Shown piece after piece: positions 11,207 through 21,542 of a stretch of DNA of 42,299 bases; the stretch's first letter is position 1; every line of letters begins with the position of its first letter. The notes under the pieces were generated by a model that worked only from the letters and a program-made list of their open reading frames with translations, searched no databases and was not told the origin of the DNA. Location of the stretch: the NCBI GenBank assembly GCA_031835245.2, contig JAVKOQ020000060.1, positions 186,001-228,299 of the forward strand, in the 5' to 3' direction. The DNA is from Balamuthia mandrillaris. Its lineage: Eukaryota. The position numbers and the translations under genes were made by a program.

Positions 11207-14200
11207 TTGTGATTTATCTTTGTTTCGTTCAGCTATTGGTATTTGCTTACGCTTTTCAAAAAAGCGATCCGCTTGCCCTTAAAGATCCAAAAGAGTTGGA
11301 TTGGGAACAAACATTGGCCATTGCTGGTTGTCACTCTTTGGTCTACCTTAATGGAAAACAAGTGGGTGATCCTATGGAAGTAGCTGCATTGGAAGGCATC
11401 AATTGGAGTTACACTAAAGGTTTGTGGAAAGAGATTGACTTGAATGAGAAGATAATGACAGATGAAGACAAGAAAGAAACATATAAGAGCAGCGCGAACA
11501 AGAGACTAATTACACTTACTAATGTAGGAGAAGTTAGTGTTGGCCGCAGCCATGGTCGACCAGGCCAAGTGCGCATTGTGCGGAGGTTTCACTTCACGTC
11601 AGAGCTGAAGAGGATGGCCACTGTTGTATCTCTTGATCATGAGAGCACCTCCACTCTCATGGCCACAGCCAAAGGCGCCCCTGAGACAATGCAACCATTT
11701 TTCACAGAGGTAGGTGCTTGAGATTCAAAACTGTCCCGTTTGCTTTGCTAACGCGCTGCAATCTTTTAAAAAGGTTCCGTCCCATTATACACAAACCTAT
11801 AAGCACTATTCTCGTAAAGGTTTTCGTGTGATCGCTGTTGGATATAAACCTATGAGCTACGTTAACGCCAGCAAGGTCTTTCTAGTCACTCTTGTCTCTC
11901 CTTTCTATATGTTGATGACTCAAGAGGTTATCTTTTATTGGATAAATACAGTTAAATGCTATTCCGAGAGAAGAGATAGAATGCGACTTGACATTTGCTG
12001 GTTTTTTGGTCTTCAAATCAATCCTCAAAAAAGAGTCGTTGGTTACAATGCGTGCCCTCATTCAGGCTTCTCACATGGTCTCTACTACCTCTCTTCTTTC
12101 TTTTGCTTCTTTTAACTAAAATGTTTTATAAAGGTAACAATGATAACTGGCGATAACACTTTGACGGCCTGCCAAGTAGCCACCGAACTCGATATCCTAA
12201 AGAAGCCTGTTCTCATTCTTACCATCCAACAAGAAAGCGGAAAAGAGAAAGCCTATTGGGTGTCTGTCGACGAGACCGTTCGCTTACCATTCGAAGGAGC
12301 CAAAGGACGAATGCTGCCTCTTCCAATGTCCAAAAAAGCTCTGCAACAACTCAGAAAAAACAACGGACTGGAAAACGCAGAAGAAGTAATAGCGAAAGCT
12401 GAGGATGGTTATGAGCTCTGTCTCTCAGGCCAAGCTTTAGACTGGCTGCAACAAACCAACCGACCAGTAAGAGAATGGAAGCAGCTTGTTCCTCAAGTTT
12501 CCGTTTGGGCTCGTGTCTCCCCTCAACACAAACAGCTCATCGTGGCCAAATTGAAGAGCTTCGGCTACATCACATTGATGTGTGGAGATGGAACCAACGA
12601 CGTTGGTGCCTTGAAGCAAGCTCATGTTGGCGTTGCTTTGTTGACCAGTTCAAATGAAGGAAGCAGTAAGACTAAGACCAGCGGAGAGGGTGCTGCCTCT
12701 GCATCTTCATCAGATAGGAGCACTACATCGAAATCTGCTAAAGCTGGTCCTTCTGCTTCTCTGAAACAGGTTCTCTTTTCTGTCCATATATGTTCACTTT
12801 GTTCTCTACTTTTCACTTCTCTTATTTCTTGATATCTTCTCATAATGTATTTAATCTATCACAGCGAAAAGTTGCCAAACACAAACGACCATCAGCATCC
12901 TCTTCTTCCGCTTCCTCCTCATCGCCTTCTGTCTCGAAGAAAAAACGTCCAACGGGAGCTGCTAACCTCACTTTGGCTGCTCTATTGGAGGAACAAGAGG
13001 AAGGCTCCCAACCAGTTCGCATTGGAGATGCCTCTATCGCATCTCCCTTCACCGCAAAGAGCACGTCAGTCTTGCCAGTGATCGACATCATCCGACAAGG
13101 ACGTTGTACTCTGGTTACCACGATGCAGATGTTCAAGATTTTGGCGCTCAATTGCGTAATTAATGCATACTCTCTGAGCGTGCTTTACTTGGATGGTATT
13201 CGTCTTGGAGATATGTAAGTTGACTGTTTTTTTTCAGTTTTTATTGTTACTTCTTAGGTTAATCAAAATTTATTTTTCCGTCTGAAGACAAGCGACAGCG
13301 GCTGGAATGCTGATAGCACTTTGCTTCTTGTTTATCTCTCAATCCAAGGTTAGTGTCGTTCATTTCTAGTGTTCTCTCTCTCTCTCTCTCTCTCTCTTTG
13401 CTTCTCACTTGTGCCAACTGTTAATCCCATTTATCGCTGTAGCCTCTGTCTAGATTGGCTTCTCAACGACCGCCATCTTCAGTGTTTTCTTTGTCTATTG
13501 TGCTTTCGTTGATCGGACAAGTTATCATCCATCTCTCCAGCCTTATTTACATCTCTCAACAAGCTCATATTTACTCTGATGCTGCTGAACAACCTGTTGA
13601 CGGTTAGCTGTTTCTCTAGTTTTCCTGCTTGTTGACTTCGTTTTCTTAGCTTTTATACTTATTAGAACTTATCTCTTTACAGTGAATTCTTTGGGAGAGG
13701 AGACAGCATCTTCGGCGTCTTCAGGAGCGGAAGAGGAGCCGTTGTTCACTCCAAACATCGTGAACACAGCTGTATTCCTCATTTCTACGACGATGCAAGT
13801 GGCCACTTTTGCTGTTAACTACAGAGTATGCCACTTCTCTCTCTCTCTCCCTCCCTCTCTCTCTCTCCCTCTCTCTCTTGTTCTGCCGTTCAATAACCAA
13901 CACGCACACACAAAAACACACGCACACACACAGGGACGTCCATTCATGGAAGGCTTGACAGAGAACAAAGCGTTAATGTATGGATTGGGAGCTACCGCTG
14001 GCTTCACTTTCTTGGCTGCCACTCAACTAGTCCCCCCGTTCAACGAATTTTTGGAGCTTGTGCTTCTTCCCCCTGCGGTACTTTTTTCTTCTACTTCTCC
14101 TATTCTTTCTTTTTGCTTACCTTGTTCTTTTAAAAAACTTAGTTGCAATCCACATTGTTGACAGTGATGTTTGCTGACTTGGGTTTGGCGTTTCTTTGGA

Positions 14201-14229
14201 ACCGTATCGTTGTGTTTCTCTTTTCTTGA
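8620..14229 (+). CDS. ATP13A1: P5A-type ATPase (Spf1/ATP13A1, ER transmembrane-helix dislocase), about 20 exons
   Basis: [42 protein letters not shown] (P5 M4 motif); phosphorylation site [70 protein letters not shown]; ends [10 protein letters not shown]. Confidence 0.93.
9159..9290. repeat. (CTTGTT)/(CTT) microsatellite in a P5A-ATPase intron
   Basis: Visible tandem cttgtt and ctt units. Confidence 0.9.
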
Positions 14230-14470
14230 ATGAATCTATGTCTTCTCTACTCTCTCTGTTCTCTCTTCTCTTCTCTCTCTTCTCTTTACGCAGGTTTTGT
14301 GTACACAAAAGGAGATTTGTTGACGTCAGCAACGTGCCTTTTCACGCAACAAAAAAAAAACGGAAGAAAGTGGAGCAGAAAGAAAACAAAAACAAGTTTA
14401 TGCTGAAGACTCTGGGTGGGTTTCATCCTCGTTCGACAGGCAAACGAAACGAAACGAACAGGAATATAAA

Positions 14471-16961
14471 ATGGAAAAACTACTGTTGAGGACCGAGTCC
14501 CGACTTAGTGCAGGCTTGGATCCTTCCATCACAGAAGGTTCTTCATTCGCTTTGATTCTTTCACATTTTTGTTTCCTAAACCCTTGCTTTCTCCTAAACG
14601 ACAGCTATAATGGTGCCTCGCTCTCAATGGCTGCCTCGAGTGATGCGCAAACATCCAGAAGTATTGGAACTGCGAGAGCGGTTTCGGCCTCTGGGTCAGG
14701 CCGCATCTTTCGGTCGTGTCATCAACTCCAGCAAGACTGAAGTCAAGGAAACGTTATCTCACGTGGTTAAGCTGAAGCTCATCCTTCAGTGCTTGAGAGA
14801 AGAAGGCCTTCATGAAACGGCTCAACTCTTGGAAGAGGAAAGTGGAGTGAAATGTGAGTCTCGTTTTATTCATTATTCATTATTTTATTTTTTTGTAGTT
14901 TCTTCTAATGCAGAGAATCGTTTTCCTTTGTTCTTCTCTTGTTTAGATGTTAACTCAGAAGAACTCCCGCCCGAAACGTTGAAACGGTTATTGCAAGTTG
15001 GAATAGACGACCCCAACCGAGTGTTCGACCCGTTGCCTTCCGAAGAGGACGACGAGGATGATGCCGAAGTGCATGTTTACGACTTTATGCCAGCCAATGC
15101 TTTTGATGAAGGTTTCTTCTTCTCTTCTCTCTTCTCTCTTCTGCTTCTTCACGCTTCATTGTTTAACTATTTATACTAGAGGGACAACAGGAACTTGCAG
15201 AGATGTACGCGGAAGAACATGCGACTAACCTTTTGTTGGACAAAGACACAAAGGAAGTGCAGGCTGGCAACCTCAACACATTGGTGGCCTGGCTCACCTC
15301 CATCAGCAATCCCGACTTGGACTTTCGAAAGATCTTCCTCTTCACTTACCAGTCTTTTACCACACCTGAAGTCTTGCTTTCAAAGCTGATACAGAGGTAC
15401 GTTTTCCTTCTGGATACTCCACTTTTCTTCATTGCGCTCATTGTTGTTACAAGGTATCACATGGTCAGTAATGTGATAGACAGCAAAGGCCTCACCATGA
15501 GGAAACAAATCCACCACCGCATCTTCACGGTGATCAAATATTGGTTGGAAAACCACCAGCCAGATTGGAACGAGAAACTTGTTTCCTCTCTCAACACCTG
15601 GATAGACAACACCCTTGTCACTGAAGGCCATCTCAAACTCGCAATGCAACTCCGGAACGCTCTCGCTAAACTGGTATTGTTAATTTCTTTTGATTGCGTT
15701 TTATTGTGTTATTTTGCTTTGCTTAAGTTTGTTCTCAACTATCACAGGAAGGGAGCAAACTGGAAGAACCACAACAGAGAGTAGAGTACACCAACACCCC
15801 GGAACCAAAAGTGCCAAAGAACATCTTCTCCCCTACCCTCACCCTGGACGCCGTCGACGAGGAGGAGATTGCTCGTCAACTCACGCTGTTGGAATTCGAA
15901 CTGTACGTCGCTATACAGGTACACAGACAAACTTGTTTTTAGCTTCTTAACTTATTATCTTTTAACCAAGACAAAACAATTACATGAAGCCATCAGAACT
16001 GTTGTGTAATGCATGGTGCGATCCAGTGGAGGCAGAGCAACGAGCCCCAAACGTGGTCGCCTGTTTGAGGCGTTTCAACGAGATAGCGCGGTGGGTCACG
16101 ACCAGCATTCTTGATGTACAGAAAGTGAAACAGCGAGCCAAGGTCATGGCTCGTTTTATCAAGATTGCAGATGTAAGTTATTTGCTTGCAGTTTATTGTT
16201 CTTATGCTGCAACAAACTCATTTTTCTTAATCCTTTTTCTTTTTCTTTTTCTTTTTCTTTTTCTTTTTCTTTTTCTTTTTCTTTTCTTTTTTTTTTTTTT
16301 TTTTGCAGCACCTAAGAAAGCAAGGTAATTTTAACACGCTAATGGCCGTATTCTCTGGGCTAAACAATGTCGCTGTGTATCGTCTTCGCTTCACTCGACG
16401 AGAGTTACCACGTGAAACTCTCAAAGTATGCTTCATTCTTTCCTTCTCCTCCTCCTCATTCTTTGCACTTCTAAAACGGGGTTAAAAACAGATTTTGGAA
16501 GAGTTGGAGAAGCTCTTGAGCCATGAGAACTCTTATGAAAAATATCGTGAATACTTTAACAAAGCCAAAGCTCCAGCCATTCCCTTCCTGTAAGTCTTTT
16601 CCTTCCTTTTCTTGCCTTCGTTCTCATCTCTCTCTCGCTTTCTCTCTCTCTCTCTCTCACTCTCTCTCTCACTCTCTTCAAAAGAGGACTACATCTTCGA
16701 GACTTGGCATTCGTGGAAGAAGCAAATGACGACGACATCATCCACAACAACGCTGTGCTCATTAACTTTACCAAGCGAAAGTGCGTGTGGGCTCTCATCC
16801 TGGACACTCTGAGCTATCAAATGGTTCCCTTCAACTTTCATCACGTTCATCAGATCTCCACCTTGTTGCACCACTTTCCTGCACATAGCAACTATAGCGA
16901 GGAAGAAATGTATCTCAAGTCGTTGACCATTGAACCAAAGAACCTGGAAGTCTTGTTGTAA
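14471..16961 (+). CDS. LisH-REM-CDC25 Ras guanine nucleotide exchange factor (Dictyostelium GefA/aimless-type architecture)
   Basis: LisH-like LILQCLREEGLHETAQLLEEES; REM AGNLNTLVAWLT..FLFTYQSFTTPEVLLSKLIQRY; CDC25 EEIARQLTL..APNVVACLRRFNEIARWV..NFNTLMAVFSGLN..YLRDLAFVEE..INFTK..YLKSLTIEPK. Confidence 0.88.
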
Positions 16962-17004
16962 TAATATATGATAGTATTCTTCTATTGAAAGAAAGTAATG
17001 TGTT

Positions 17005-17175
17005 AGAAGAAGAAAGACGAAGAAGAAGCAGAACAAGAAGAACAAGAACAAGAACAAGAAGAACAAGAAGCAGAACAAGCAGAACAAGAAGAACAAGAAC
17101 AAGAAGAGGAAAAAGAAAGAAGAAAGAAGAAGGAAGAAGGAAGAAGAAAGAAGAAAGAAGAACAAGAGGAGGAGA
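17005..17175. repeat. (GAA)/(GAACAA) microsatellite between convergent 3' ends
   Basis: Purine-rich tandem units between the RasGEF stop and the next gene's stop. Confidence 0.85.
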
Positions 17176-17213
17176 AAGTACAATAAACAAAAAAGGGGCA
17201 ATGATGAATAGCA

Positions 17214-17621
17214 TTATTTGAGGCGTTGTTTCTTAGGAGGAGCTGGACCAGAAAAAGAAGCGGAAGCTTCTTGTTCGTTCGTTGTTGCTTGTTGTTGCGG
17301 TTCACGTTCCTTTTCTTGCTCCAATGTTGATAAAGAAGAAGACGAGGACAACGATGAAAGGTCTGTCCTGGAAGATGATGAAGAGAGAGAAGACAACTTT
17401 CCGGTTGTTTGCAAGTCATCGATGTGTTTTTGGATGGTGGAGAGTTTCATGTCGACAGCGGCGATGCTCAGCTGCTTTCGTTGAAGCTCGTATTGACTGG
17501 TGTGAAGGGCTCGTGATTGCTTCATCAGAGTAAAGTCTATTGTCTCCACTTCGTCTCTTATTCTTGTCAACTTTAGTTTTTGGGTGTTGAAAGAAACGAG
17601 ATAAGTCAAAGAAACTACCAG

Positions 17622-17658
<37 letters not shown>

Positions 17659-18464
17659 AAAAGGGAAGAAACGAAGCAAAGAGATACCTCTTTGTCAAGA
17701 CTTTCAGCAAGGGTCCAAGAGGGTGAGCCAAGAAGTTGTGCCATTACAGCAGCAGGTTGCTGCCTCTCTGCAGACGAGAACAACGTCTTTCTGGCCGCTG
17801 ATGGAGGAAGAGAAGGAGAAACGGTTGGAGGAAGAGGAGGCAACGCTGTTGTAGCAGCAGGAGAAGAAGAAGAAGCAGGAGAAGGGGAGGAAAGAGGAGG
17901 AACAATAGATGAGGGAGGAGGAGGGAACGAAGAGGAAGGAGAAGAAAGAGAGGGAGAAGGAGAAGAGGAATGAGGAGGAGGCAATGATGAAGTGGAGGGA
18001 GGAGAAGGTACACGCTGCTGGTGGTGACGTTGGTGTTGCGAAGAAGTGGGAGTTTGATAAGGTGAACGTGAATAGTGGGAAGCGGAAGAAGGTGTGGATG
18101 GAAGATTTTCACGGTGTTGTTGTGAGCGTTCTTCTTCGGCGGAGGGGTAGTTGCGATGTGGTTGGCGGTGATGAGAAGAAGTTAAGGAGGAAGAAGGGGT
18201 GCGAGAATAGTCGCCACTGGAACGAGAAACCGAAGGAGAGTAAGACGAAGAGGAGGAGGAAGAAGAGGGGGAAGGGGAATAGCGATGATGAGAAGAGGAA
18301 TAGTAATAATCTTCGCGTGAGCGCCCGCTGCTGGTACCTCCACCGCTTCTACCGCTTCGCTCCCTGCTGGACCTGGAGGAGGAGGAGTATTCTACTCTGT
18401 CCCTTTCCCTGCTGCCAGCATTTCTGTGACTGTCCTCTGAGCTTCGTCCTCGTCTATCATCCAT
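17214..18464 (-). CDS. Hypothetical Ser/Arg/Pro-rich low-complexity protein with a coiled coil and C-terminal NLS-like motif; one intron
   Basis: MDDRRGRSSEDSHR.. long S/P tract; (CT)n intron about 17590-17687; helical KLKLTRIRDEVETIDFTLMKQSRALHTSQYELQRKQL..; ends PPKKQRLK*. Confidence 0.65.
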
Positions 18465-18771
18465 CGGTTGGGATCCCTTTGCTTTTTTTTTTTTTGTTCT
18501 CAATTCACGTGTCGACGTGAATCTGCATCGGAACTACTGTCGACATTTTCATTTTTGACATTTTATACATTTTTATCATTTTAAACATGCCTTTCATTTT
18601 TCAAAACAGAACGATGCAGAGAAGAGAATGATGACGAAGAGAAGAGAACGACGAGGAGAGCGACAAAAAGAACGATGAAGAGAAGAGAGCGATAGAGAGA
18701 GGCATGATTCATCTCTTCATGAAAAAAAAAACTACAAACGCAATTTACAACAAAACAAAACTGCAAACACA

Positions 18772-20984
18772 CTACTCCTCCACACTTTCATCTGCATCTT
18801 TCTTGGTGGTGTGGTGTCTTACAGAGGAGCTGAGGCTTGTGCCGTCGTCCTCTTTGTGCGAGATGGTGTCTTTCAGGTCGTGGAAGCTCTGCTTGGGATC
18901 TCCCCAATGTATTCCTCGGTAGAGGCGCACCCACACCAAGAAGGTCTCCGGAGAGGCCAGCGAGACAAACATCAGGGTGCCGAGGATGCCTGCTACGAAG
19001 GGCAGAAGGAAGTAGATGCCATAGGAATAGACAAAGTCCACCTCACATTCGGTTCCAGTGACGGCACTGCAAATAACCTACAACACACGTATGAGAGAGA
19101 GGCAAAGGGAAGAGAAGACAAGAGAGAAAGCAGAAAGTTGATGATGACCTGATCTTGGACGGCATTCTCAGCATCGTCCGTCACTGCTGTGGAGTAAATG
19201 CGAATTATGAGGAGGAGAACGAGTGTGGTCCACATGCTGAATACTGCAATGCTGAAACGGACCAACACGGTCACGCTGATCTGTGAGGAGCTGCTCTTGA
19301 CTCGCACCTGTGAATGGTTTGTGTGTGTTGGTTCAGTTTGTCTTGTTTCGTAAACTCGCTTTAACAGTAATATTGGAGCTTCAAAGGTTGAGAGAGAAAC
19401 AAACAAACCTTGAATAACTTAAACAAAGCCAGCCCAAAGAATATGCAGCTCAAAATGGTACTCGGAATGGCTATAACAAACCAAACCCAAGCATTAGCCT
19501 TCTCTGTGATAAAGAGAGGGAGGGAGGAAGGGAGAGAATAAAAGAAGGAGGACAAGATCTTACATGGCACAAAAACGAGAAGCCAGAGCCACAAGCCATC
19601 GGGGCCATTTCCAAAATGACCAACAAGACAATGGGAGCCAGCAGGAATGGCTTCCATCATCTCCAGAGAGAGACCAACGATGCAAGATATCAAGGGACAC
19701 ACCCAGGCCACCACGTGATAGATGGGGTAGAACTTGGCCAGTCTTTCTTGAGAAATCTCCCTCACAAAGAGCAAGTAGGTGTTAAAGCAGAGGATCAACA
19801 GCCAGGCCGCTGTGTTCACGGAGAAGTAGGTTATCAACAAAGCTAGCAAGTTGAAGACCAGAAACTTGGGTAAGTAACCTCATAGCATATAATGAACAAT
19901 AATATATGTGAATATGTGAAAAAAAAAAACAGAGGAATGAAGCTAACCTTGGATAACACAGGGCGCATCGCCTTCCTGTTGAGAAGCATACCTGTTGTCC
20001 GCTGGGCAAATGACCTTCCTCTGCCCTCCCTCCACAAACGTTCCCGACAGCACCCCCAAACTCAATCCAGCCATCGACAGCATGACCCAAGTGATGAGGT
20101 TGGCAGGAAAGAACCTCCTAGCAGGAGACAACAAGGAGCTCAGCACGTAGAACAGGGAGAGGATCAAGGAGATCCAGGCCACAACGGTGGAGGTGAGGAA
20201 GGTGCCATCCAGCTGGGCTTCGGAGTAATAAGGATAGGGACAGGGCAAGATGCAGGGACCCACTCGACCGGTCTTGCTGTCAATGGAGGGTTGGGTGGGC
20301 ATCTCTGCAATGGGACCCACGTCCTGGGCGAAGACGAGGGGATGAGGGCAATCCTCTGGAACATACTCTGGCTCTGAACAAGTTCAAGAGAACATCGGGT
20401 GTAAAAGCACAGCGAGAACGAGAAGGACAACATCAACAAAAGCACAAGAACAACCAAAAACAACAAAGAGGTATCAGGGTGAACGTACCGAGGTCATAGC
20501 GGCCTGGGTTACACGCCGCCGTGCCGTTGCTCTCCGGCAACAGCAAGCAGGCCGCCGGGGTGATGGGCAGCTCCACGTCCTCCCCCGCCCTGGCAAAGTC
20601 CTCCTCGCACAGCTCGAAGAACCGCGTGCAGACCTCCCTGCAAGGCAGGACCCCAAAGTAGTCCAGCCCCGCTTCCTGCCCGCAGCCCTGAAAGGCGTAG
20701 AGGCAGGTGAAGAGGAGGCCTGCCGCCCTGCAGGGCCGGGAGATGACGCCGGAGAAGGCAAAGGTGAGGTCACGAGCCCGCCTCTCCACTTCCTCGTAGG
20801 TGGAGCCGGTGGGGATGGTGACGTTGGCCCTGGGGTCGGCGAGAAAGACGTCGCAGCGGCCGGCGGTGGAGGGACTGCCTGCAAAGGGCTCACATGTTGT
20901 CGCAGAAACGGCAGGAGAGGAAGAGGAAAGCACAACCAGGAAAAGAGGAAGAAGGAGAACAGGGAAGTGGCGAAGAGGTAGCAT
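18772..20984 (-). CDS. Frizzled/Smoothened-like 7TM receptor with N-terminal cysteine-rich domain
   Basis: Signal peptide MLPLRHFPVLLLPLFLVVLS; CRD CEPF..C..PCRAAGLLFTCLYAFQGC..PCREVCTRFFELC; linker CILPCPYPYY; RRFFPANLI, YHVVAWVCPLI and several hydrophobic helices. Confidence 0.82.
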
Positions 20985-21296
20985 GAAGTGGTCCGTTTGC
21001 TTTCTTTTGCAACAACTTTCTTTTTGACATTGCAGCAAGCATTCATTTATTAGCAACGAGATGTGCGGCAACAAAGACACGTGTCTTTTCTGTTACGGTA
21101 ATGGCGTACGTTTAGTTGCCGTAGCCATGCATGGAACATGAACGTACACTCCGCATTTTTTTTTTTTGGAAGCCATTTGGTTATTGGCTATCAGTGGGCT
21201 GGGCCAGCTCAACCTCGCATGGGTAGAATACCTACGGCACGCTTACTGGCGTCAATGCCCATCGGGCAGAGTGCGTTGGGAGGCACATAGGTTGCT

Positions 21297-21386
21297 AGAG
21301 ATCGCCTGTTACACGTTTTGAAGTTGGGAGGGTGTGGGGGGTGTGAGAGATCGCTTGTTCCAAGTTTTGAAGTTGGGATGGTGTGG
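21297..21386. repeat. Imperfect ~41 bp direct repeat (period 49) in the retrotransposon 3' UTR
   Basis: agagatcgcctgttacacgttttgaagttgggagggtgtgg (21297-21337) versus agagatcgcttgttccaagttttgaagttgggatggtgtgg (21346-21386). Confidence 0.85.
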
Positions 21387-21542
21387 TAGATAGGTTGGCT
21401 TCCATTGGAGGTGCAAAGGCAGGTGTGTCATCCAGGCACGGATTCCGCTGGCAGTCCGCTGGCACCTGACCGGGCTGGCAGGTTTTAGGAGGTCTAACCT
21501 CCTGTGGGGTTTCCACTTTTTCGGGAAGGCCGCTCGGTTTTG

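Noticed and set aside
21297..21386. Direct repeat considered as a CRISPR array or LTR
   Set aside because: Only two adjacent imperfect copies with an 8-bp gap, inside a LINE 3' UTR; no cas genes and no matching repeat at the other end of the element.
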